64,000 bases of DNA from Flaccisagitta enflata (taxonomy: Eukaryota). Location of the stretch: assembly GCA_965153355.1 (NCBI GenBank), contig OZ231126.1, forward strand, positions 48,360,001 to 48,424,000, read 5' to 3'. The position numbers and the translations under genes are program-made. A model generated the notes under the pieces. It saw nothing but the letters and a program-made list of their open reading frames with translations. It searched no databases and was not told the DNA's origin. The stretch's first letter is position 1, and each line of letters begins with the position of its first letter. Below, piece by piece: positions 54,919-64,000 of the stretch.

Positions 54919-57900
54919 ACATCCTCTCTCTCTCTTAAACATCCTCTCTCTCTCATAAACATCAACGCGTGAGATTTTTTAATAACGGTATTGATTATCC
55001 CAAATCCTTTAATCCCATTTCAAATATCGCTTTAATTACAGATTTCTCCTCTCACAACAGCTGCTCAGACATGTATCTTGTCATTTCCCGTCAAATCTCC
55101 CCAGGAATACTGGTCAACTAGATTCAAGGTTAAGGGAAACGATTAAAATGTTGTGATGCATCTCAGCTTGAATTCAACACCAACCTTAAATTGTTTCATA
55201 TATGGCGGTTGCTTGGTAATCTTTTCACCTATTTCTAGTCACCTGTTACACAACTCCACCCTGCTTCGTCCGTCTGTCGGTTTGTTGGTTGGTCCCCTTT
55301 TAGGCAGCAGCCCCAAAGGGCTCGGTGACCTATGCTTTCACACATATGGGGAATTTTATACTTCTCCTCCTCCTTCTCCGTCCCCCTCCCCCTCGACTCA
55401 AATCCTAGCCTCGAGGCCCAAATCCCAGCCTCAAGGCCTGAAACCCAGCCCCAAGGCCTACAGCTCAATCGCTAGAAGGAAAAAATTCCCCATATGTGTG
55501 AAAGCATAGGTCATCGACCCCTTTGGGGCCGCTAACCTGGTCCCTCCCTCAACTTCAATCACAACCTACTTGGGCAGGGCATGGGTCTGACGTCTGACGC
55601 TTTTGCGACTATTTACTTTTTCGGCATTTTTGGCATTTGAGGTTTTTGAGCTCACCGCCCTTGCCCACCCGTACGCCACTGGGGTAGCCGTGTATCCGGC
55701 CTTGTTGGTATCATTTCCGCAGTTCATGAATTGTTTCTGTCCTCTTAAATAAGGATGAATTTCAAATTATTGATTTACATGGTTATATATTTCTATATCA
55801 ATCTTTCCTTGCTTGCCAATTTCAGTCAATTACTGAGTACTACTCGCTACTCTTAATAGGTTTTATCCATCTGTCCGTTGGTCTGTTGGTCCGCCAATCA
55901 GTTTCAGTCCAAGGGTCCATCTTGTTAAAGTAGAAAAGAATAAAAGTTTATGAGTGTAGGGCGCTTATGTTTCTCGCGCCTACCATTCCGAAGCTTTTGT
56001 CTCGCGCTTCCACTGAGGCGCTTATTATTCCGGTACCCCATAAAATGACCGCGGTAAGAAAAGGTGTTCATAAGTGACGTCACTGCCGTTTAAAAAATAA
56101 CTTAAGGCTTAATGAAACAAGTGATGTTTTCTATGTTTTTGTGATTAAAAGATCTGTTAGAAAAAATGTTTCATGTATTTTCATTTTCCACTATTAAAGG
56201 CGGTTTCCAATGATTCTTTGTTATCTCCGGTCATTTCCGGCCATTTCGAGGCATTTCCGGCCGTTTCCGGTCAAATATTGTCTGCATGATTAAGTTGTTT
56301 TGGAGGTGGGATACTTTTACTGCTTCAAAGCCACTTAAACCCTCCTAGAAATGTCAAGAAATGTTGGGTATGTCGGGATAACTCACATGACTACGCTCAA
56401 AAACGGGGATTTGACGCAAAATGACGCACGTGGCACATTGACGTGAAAAAATCGAGCCAAGATCTCCGAAAATGGGGTCAAAACGGGCACAGTTAGATTC
56501 AGCATGAAATTTGCAATCATTTGGTGGGGTGATATGTTTTCTAGCTTAAAAAACCACGGAGAAAAATGAGTCTATTAGTCAGGTGGGGGAATGCTAAAAT
56601 AATTTTAACACGTTTTAACACATTTTAACACATTTTAACACGATGTACCTGTTATTTTTCAAAACAGGTGTTAAAATAGTTTTACCATGTTTTAACACGT
56701 TTTACTTCACTTTTTCCCCTCAGCTTTTCTTTTCAGAATCGTGTTAAAATCGTGTTAAAATTGTGTTAAAATCCAAGGGGAACTGAGTTAAAATTTGGTT
56801 ACAACCATGTTACTACCGTGTTAAAATGGTGTTAAAACAGTTTTAAAACGGTGTTAAAATTGTGTTAAAACCGTATTAAAGCCGTGTTGAAACTGTGTAA
56901 AAACTGTATAAAAACCGTATTGAAACTGTGTAAATTCTGGAAAAAGCATTTAAATCACGTTTAGTTTTATGTGTTTGAACCACATAATTTGTGATAAAGT
57001 ACTAATGAACTTGTTGATAAACCATGCTACAATGATTGATTCATTTGATGAATTTCTCTCGTTTATTGTGTTTAAGGAATTGTTTTCCATCACATTTTTA
57101 GTTGTTTGGTCAGTCGGTTTTAGATCATTACTATCACGATTTCATTTAGAACCTGATATTGTCCATGATCTTGTGCTGATAGCCCTTGACTTTCGTACCA
57201 TTTTGTTTTTAACACAGTTCGTACCATTTGGGTTTTTAACACGGTTTTGACACGGTTTTGACACGGTTTTAACACGGTTTTAACACGGTTTTAACACGGT
57301 TTTAACATGATTTTAACATGATTTAAACACGATTTTAACACGATTTTAACACAGTTTTAACACGGTTTTAACAGGGTTTTAACAGGGTTTTAACACAGTT
57401 TTAACATGTTGTGGCTATGTTAAAATCCTTTTTTTGTAAACTAGATGATTTTCTTCCTCTTGGGTTTTAACACATTTTAACATGTTTTAACACATTTTAA
57501 CACCGTACCTGTTATTTTCAGGGCGTGTTAAAATGTGTTAAAATGTGTTAAAACGTGTTAAAATTATTTTAGCATTCCCCCACCTGATTAGTTATAAATT
57601 TGGGAAATTGACAATACTGTCAATTGTGTAAAAAGAAATATTAAACAGATGAAACTTTTTCTCTCTGACTTACCGTTAGTAGCCGCGCCTAAATCAATCG
57701 CTTTTATTTTTTCATTCAGCCAAGGCCGGTACTGGAATCGCAGCTATGTCGGTAATGAGGCCGGAGCTCATCATGAAGTCCATAATTCCGGTCGTTATGG
57801 CAGGTAAGTTGTTAGCATCGTGCTAAGCGAATTTGCACCCCGTTAGGTCGCTAACACTCTACTCAGTCCGTCTCCCTTAAAGTTTTGTTCAGCGTTGTGT

Positions 57901-58340
57901 TGCCTCTACCCGAATATCCCAGTGACCTTTTGACACAACCCCTGCCGCATGATGCTGGGGCAGCCGTGTTTGCGGTATTGACTTACATGTTACTCTTCCA
58001 TCTCTCGCTGTTGTTGATTTTTGACTCTCCGTTGGTGCCTTCCCTTGTATTAATCGCAGGTATCATCGCCATATACGGTTTAGTGGTGTCTGTCATAATC
58101 GGGATCAACCTCAGCACCGACTACTCCGCTTTTAAGGGATTCCTGCATTTAGGCGCCGGATTATCGGTCGGTTTGAGTGGACTTGCTGCCGGTTATGCTA
58201 TAGGAGTGGTTGGTGATGCTGGCGTTCGTGGAACGGCACAGCAACCTCGCCTTTTCGTCGGTATGATCCTCATTCTCATCTTCGCCGAAGTCTTGGGCTT
58301 GTACGGACTTATCGTCGCTTTGATTCTATCTACCAAATAG
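53482..58340 (+). CDS. ATP6V0C: V-type proton ATPase 16-kDa proteolipid subunit c
   Basis: Exons 53482-53575, 57720-57803 and 58060-58340 total 459 nt (152 aa): [63 protein letters not shown]...[42 protein letters not shown], including the proton-binding Glu. Confidence 0.98.
53610..56574. mobile_element. ~3-kb non-autonomous element with ~150-bp TIRs and 8-bp TSD in ATP6V0C intron 1
   Basis: TAGACTCATTTTTCTCCG...CGGAGAAAAATGAGTCTA. TSD TTAGTTAT at 53602-53609, recovered on the right at 57588-57595 after removing the adjacent insertion. Internal CCGGAAAT/ATTTCCGG subrepeats and several nested repeats. Confidence 0.85.
56580..57586. mobile_element. 1-kb foldback-type element built from 11-bp TTTTAACAC subrepeats, 6-bp TSD
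   Basis: Perfect ~60-bp TIR CAGGTGGGGGAATGCTAAAATAATTTTAACACG...; ATTAGT duplicated at 56574-56579 and 57587-57592. Confidence 0.9.
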
Positions 58341-59341
58341 TGAACTCTTGTGCTGAGACTGGGATATGTAAGAACTCTTAGGGAAAAAAATGAAAATGCA
58401 GTCGTTCGTTGCTGGTTCAGCGATATTGGAGGATTACCCACGCCGGAATTTATACCGTTATTTGTTCTGTATGATGAAATAAATACCAGTTAGGGGTTCG
58501 AGCTAATTAATCTTACAAATAGGGCAACCTTTTACCCCCCCCCCCTTTTTATTTTTTTTTAATTTGAATTTTATAGCCTCTATTACTAACTTTTTATTTT
58601 TACGGATATTACACTTTTTTACTGGTACATGGAGTGATAATATTCTTAACACATGCACCCATTCATTCGCATCGGCGTATCCTTATTTCTTGATCTCAAA
58701 ACCCGTGATGTCTTCTTATTGTCGCGTTTGTGGTGTAACGATTTTGAGTCTGATGATGATGCCTGGTGTTTTTCGTAAGCCTTGGCTGTCGAAAGCATAA
58801 TGGTGCACGGTTGTGTTGCAAATAAAGTATAGCAACTAGTAGATGCGTTGCGGTAAAGGGTCACATATTCCTAATGGAATGTCAGTTATTGTGCAACGTA
58901 ATTGTCGACCTTGCAAGTGGATTTAGATGTGTTTTGAGTATTTGGACGATTGAGGATTTGTAGGCGTAACCAATTCGCTTGGATGGCCAAGATCTTGTGT
59001 ACGTTGATAACTGAAATATCTTTTTATCATTCCTCTCATCTACTCTGTAAAACTCTCGTTCACTTATTCATCTAGTCAATGCCCTTGTTTCAATGTTCAT
59101 TGGGTTTGTGTGGACTGTGGAAGTGATAAAACTTCTACCTATTTTTTCAGTGAGTGTAATGTCTGATTACCTGATTTACTTGGTTAAAACTAAAAGATAT
59201 ATTTTAATAGTACTAATATAAAATATTTTTCCTTTAAACCCAAGCACTGCATTGTATTGCATTACCTAACTTTGTGTAATTAGTGAAAATGTAACCAATA
59301 ACACCCAAGGCAGGGGCGGTGCGGAAAATGCAATCGAGTTT

Positions 59342-59936
59342 ACCACCTTGGAAATAAGTATACCGACACCTTCAACTAAAGATATCTCTGCTTTTATAAC
59401 AGCTAGAAACTTAAGAACAAATAGATTTTTGTCAAATTATTTTTACAATGAATACAATTTGAATTCTGTGGCTTTAGCCGTTTTGAAATGGCAAGCAAAA
59501 GAGTAAAAACATTCACAAAAATGCAAAAAGAATCAAGAATAAAGAAGTTAATTTTTAGATAGTTTCTTCTAATGATATCTTCACTTCTAGAAAAGTTCAT
59601 AACTTTTTTTAAAAAGGCAAATTAATCTTCATCAAAAAATCTTTAAAATGAGCGCAATCTGGTTGCTGTAGCTTAAATCGTTTAGAAGTTACAAGCAAAC
59701 CATAAATCTATATCTAAAATGATTGGTTCAACAAAGTTGATTTAAGAGATGTGAAATCAACTCATCCTTTACAAAATAAAAAGCTGTATGAAGTGCTTGA
59801 ATTATCGATAACTCAAATCATTTAAAAGGTAAAAACATTTCATGACCTACTAGCACTTTCAGTAAAATATTTTGGTTAATATTTATAAAAATAATAATTG
59901 CCTTGGTGTCGGTATGCTTTTTTTCCGAGATTGTAG
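59342..59936. mobile_element. Decayed Tc1-type MITE
   Basis: Imperfect TIRs: GGAAATAAGTATACCGACACC at the left vs GGTGTCGGTATGCTTTTTTTCC at the right, TA-like ends, AT-rich interior. Confidence 0.65.
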
Positions 59937-60786
59937 ATGTATATGGGAATTACAAGAAGTTAATCTATAAAAAATGTAGCACTCGCCCTCCCACCCTATA
60001 GCTAATATAATTATTTATTAGATGACAATATGTATACGGACTGAAAATGAAACTTTCATTCTGACCTAGCTAGAAGGCGAAATTTCATCTGACGTTCACA
60101 CCAGCCGGGACCTGTCATGGCCCACGGAAGACACCAGTTGTCGGGACACCAATTTCTTCTAGAAAAAAAAGGGAAAGAGAGACAGACAGGTATAGAGAAA
60201 GACTGACAAAAAAAGGTTAAAAAGGTAAGATAAAATCGCGATACGACAAAAAATTGTATTTACAAAAATTAGATTAATGAAATTATTGATGCATTTGCAA
60301 GATCCTATCATTTTTGTCACATTATCAGTCGATACAAAAATTGTCAAGTCGGGAGGCAATGTAATTACTACGGAGGCAATAAAAATTAAGTGTTTTTTTA
60401 CCAAAGTATGATACTAATCAATGTTTTCCACAATTTTAGAAAACAAGGCCAGATACACGGCTGCCCAGTTGCATGCGGATGGGCAGGGGCTGTATTTGAG
60501 ATCACTTTATCATTTGGGCAGGAGCAGTGAGGCCAAAACTCGTAAAAGAACAATGAACATGTGACGCGGGGTCTCAATATCGTTACGGACGGGAGGGCAG
60601 GGGCCTCAAACCCCCAGCCTCAACCCAACCACACCCCCAACCCCCCTTCAACACACACACAAACAATACCAACTGCAGCATCATAAATACGCGTTTTCAA
60701 TTTGAGCGTAACAACTTGACCGTGACCGACGTACCGACGGACGGACAAAGCCTCTTTTAAATTTGCGTGTCCACAATTAAAAAGTA

Positions 60787-61274
60787 CACGCACTTGGCTG
60801 AGTAACAACGGGTTATTTTTTTCTGAGGCTCAATGTTGTATTTGAAAGACGCTATGAGGCTCAAACCGTTGCTAAACTGTTGTTATTTTTTTTTCATCAA
60901 TCTTCTAACATAACGATTGATTAGGATGTCCGTACCATCATTCCTTTCACTGTTTTCTCTGGAATGACAGGGATCTAGAGAAGGAATGAATAAACGGAGA
61001 ACAACCATTCAAAATCAGGAACAAAATAATGTTATAACTAAAATACAGTAGAAAAAGCCACCTCTTCTTTGAAACCGCCGCATGTTACAATTGAATGCAA
61101 CGAGAATTATAGCAAATATAAGAGAAAAGTTGTTATTGGTTGGATTTGAGGCTGAAATGTTGTTATATTTTTAATTTTCTGAGGCTGACGATGTTGCTAG
61201 AAATGTTCTTATTTTTTAAACATTTTGAGCCTCAACGTTGTTATAAAGAAGGTTGTTACTCAGCCAAGTGCGTG
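60787..61274. mobile_element. Tc1/mariner-type MITE, copy 2 (same family as 2476-2964)
   Basis: Same TIRs, TA TSD and colinear interior as copy 1. Confidence 0.9.
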
Positions 61275-62615
61275 TAGACCGATGGATGGACAGACCGACC
61301 GACAAAGCGAGGTGTAGTCGCGTAGCACGCGATTAAAAACCGAAGTAAGTTTCTGTTGCCGACACAAAACTTGTTGGATACTAGTCCTATGGTGGCTGGC
61401 CTAAAAAATCCAGCTCTCCAAAGGCCCTCACTGTGAACTACGCAGCACACTCAGCCTCCTTCTCTCCCTCATAATTTCCTTTTCGATTCCATAGCTGAAA
61501 ACCCGTAATTTGATTTTGTTTCTTGGTAGAGCGACGTCTATCGATGGTAATTTCCACGAGTCTGCTCTTCCCTTGCTTCCCTAAAACAGGCGCGGGTTTG
61601 AATAAAAGCTAGTGTTTTTCACCCTCTCAAAGCCAAGTGGAAATCTGAACATTTTAACGAAGTGTTTCTGCAAATAAAGTCAAAAAATGACAAAAATGAG
61701 TCAAACGGTAAAACCCTACCGACTCATTGGCATCGTAACAGTCCGTCATTTGGTCATAGTCTGCAACCCCAAGGGGAACGTCCCTGACATTGCCATCAGC
61801 AATAGTAACAATGGTTTTTTTTTTCATGGAACATCAAAACGAAATTGAACAGAATGAGAGAACGTGAAAAAAATAATAAAAAAAGGAAGAATAAACCAAT
61901 TATAAAACAAGAGAGAGAGTGTGTGTGTGTGAGTTAAACAACATGTGTCCCACGCGTAGAGTTTGCAAGAATAAGAATTGAGAGAACTACCCAAAAAATC
62001 ATCCAGGTAATACAAATTACGAAGTTAGTCATGTCAGAACACGGGAAGATGTGACCTGTAAACGTTACCAAAAGATGTCTACGAGAAAGTTAATGTGCTA
62101 TCGTGAGAGAACGCATGAGCGACAGCCACGAATATGGCACACGAAGTAATGATAAGGCGCCAATAAATCACATTTCGACTTTTCTTTAAATGTCGCGATG
62201 GTCGCACAATCTTTCAGTGAGGAAGAAAGAGAGTTCCAATACCTTGGGGCGATGGTTCTTATTGATCTACTACATCTGACTATTTGATCACTCCAAAGGG
62301 AATGATATTACTTATTTTTTGACAGTTTTAAATAATAAAACCTCTGTTTTAAGTGTTTGCTTAACAGTGAGTCAGTGACTGGATGGATATGCGTGGGCTC
62401 GATCACCTCTTCGTCGATGTTTTCTGAATGTTTACAATGAGCTTTCACTGTCAGAAAGTTCTTATGACAACTTGTGAAACTGGGCAACGCTAATTGAGCG
62501 GATTTGACTTATCCATGAAGCTGAATGTAGCAACATACGTGGTGCGAAGAATGATTCCAATTGAAAAGATAAACGTGAAGTGATTTTAAAAGCCAAAAAC
62601 GCGAGGATTTCAAAA

Positions 62616-63108
62616 ATGGAGGACAATGAAGGCGACGTCGGCGTTGGATCACCGAGTGACGATCTCTATTCTGATCTCTTCGTGGAAGACGTCGAGTGCC
62701 AGCAACGTAATGCCGGGGTCACCAATTCCTCGGTTTCCGCTTTGGACAATCCGTTACAACGGCGCATCGCCGAGTTGCTCAATCAGAACGCGGCGCTGAC
62801 GTCGCGGAACGCCAAATTGACGAATGACTTGGCGATGGCGGAGAAACTTCGCGCGGATGTTGAGAGGAAATTTCTCGCTTTTCGCTCAACGGCCAACGAC
62901 GAATTGAGGAAGAAGCAAAGGGAAATCAGCGAAATCAAAATCGCTCTGCTGAAAGAGAAAAAATGGTCGCGAGAAAGAAGAATGGAGGAATGGGAAAGGA
63001 GGAAGGTTCGTGAAAGGCGGGGCTAGTTTTTTTAACGAGTTTGCTGTAGAGTTTGAGCGTGTTTGTGTATGTGTTAGTCTTTGTAGAGTTAGTCTGTTTT
63101 AGTTCTGT

Positions 63109-63186
<78 letters not shown>

Positions 63187-63815
63187 CTGTTTGTTTTTGA
63201 AATTTGTGTTTGTATTTTCACTTTTTCAGTGAAAGTTTTTATGCGTGTGACTTCGTGTTTTTGTTATGAATGTGTGTTTGAGTTTTTTTCTGTTGAGTGT
63301 CTTTGTTTGTGTATGTTGTATTTGGTGTTACACGCTCTGTTGTGAGATTGTATAGTGAAAGCGTGATCGTCTGACTTTACTGTTCAAGTTGTAGATAAGG
63401 GAAATTTGGACCACTGGCTTTCAAACACTCCTTCGACTCTCTTGCGGCCATCTGTGTACCAATTGTCAACCATTTTTTTCAGATCGACACATCCGACTCG
63501 GGATTGGAATCGAGTTCTCCTCTTCAGTCGAAACGACGGTCGGAAGCCGGAAGCCGTTCAACGGAGCCTCGATCTGCTGCGTCGGAATCGCGTCGTCGGG
63601 AATCGAGGAGGCGGAAATCTGTCGGGGGAGAAGACATGCTCGTGGATGACGTCGCCGACGACGGAAAGGACGTAGAGAGGGATGTGCGGGATGGAGCCGA
63701 TATAAATGAAGCCGAAGAATCCCACTCAACGAATCACCTCGTTGACACTGATGCCGATACAGGCGTGAGAGACAGAGAATCTCGCGTTCACACAGCACCA
63801 TCCGAGGTTGTAGAG
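62616..63815 (+). CDS. 5' exons of a probable FLASH/CASP8AP2-like protein; gene continues beyond the window
   Basis: Exon 62616-63005 (AAG|GTTCGT) and exon 63483-63815 (GAG|GTGAGC) join in phase 0. The N-terminus has DDLYSDLFVED, then a coiled coil ending KFLAFRSTANDELRKKQREISEIK. This resembles the FLASH N-terminal LDLY motif and [23 protein letters not shown] segment as I recall them, followed by a charged low-complexity region. Confidence 0.65.
63113..63184. repeat. (GT)n microsatellite
   Basis: Direct read. Confidence 0.95.
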
Positions 63816-64000
63816 GTGAGCCGAAGGATTAAAGCTAATAAATTGACCCTCCAAAGGGAATGATATTGCTTATTTTTTGACAGTTTTAAAAAATAAAACC
63901 TCTGGTTTGTATGTTTTGTATTTTTAGTCGCTTGCTAAGCGACTCTTTTAACAGGCTGTGTCCCTAGGAAGGTAATGCCAAATTTGAGATATGTGAAGTA

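Noticed and set aside
57860..57990. Possible H/ACA snoRNA in ATP6V0C intron 2 (ACACAA at 57933, hairpin, ACA at 57985)
   Set aside because: The pocket-to-ACA distance is ~20 nt rather than 14-16, and the H-box candidate is sequestered in the first stem; insufficient support.

Overview
Repeat-rich eukaryotic (metazoan, probably invertebrate) genomic DNA with spliced genes; no prokaryotic features, CRISPR, rRNA or convincing tRNA. By manual translation and exon joining I can reconstruct three complete genes: SPAG6 (+, 7 exons, 508 aa, one GC-AG intron), UQCRC2 (-, 10 exons, 459 aa) and V-ATPase proteolipid subunit c (+, 3 exons, 152 aa). Also present are a BDH1/RDH-type short-chain dehydrogenase with degenerate cofactor and catalytic motifs, a short membrane-anchored collagen-like gene, and the 5' exons of a probable FLASH/CASP8AP2 homolog. 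The window starts inside a Penelope-like retroelement whose RT-GIY-YIG ORF is open to the edge and absent from the ORF track. The remainder is microsatellites and many non-autonomous DNA transposons with readable TIRs and TSDs (hAT-, Tc1/mariner-, Chapaev- and Kolobok-like). Standouts are a 5.6-kb CAC-ended foldback element with nested insertions and Helentron-like (HINE/DINE-1/pearl-type) elements carrying 11-, 19- and 21-bp satellite arrays. I found no clearly new biological system. All family assignments come from recalled motifs, not database searches.
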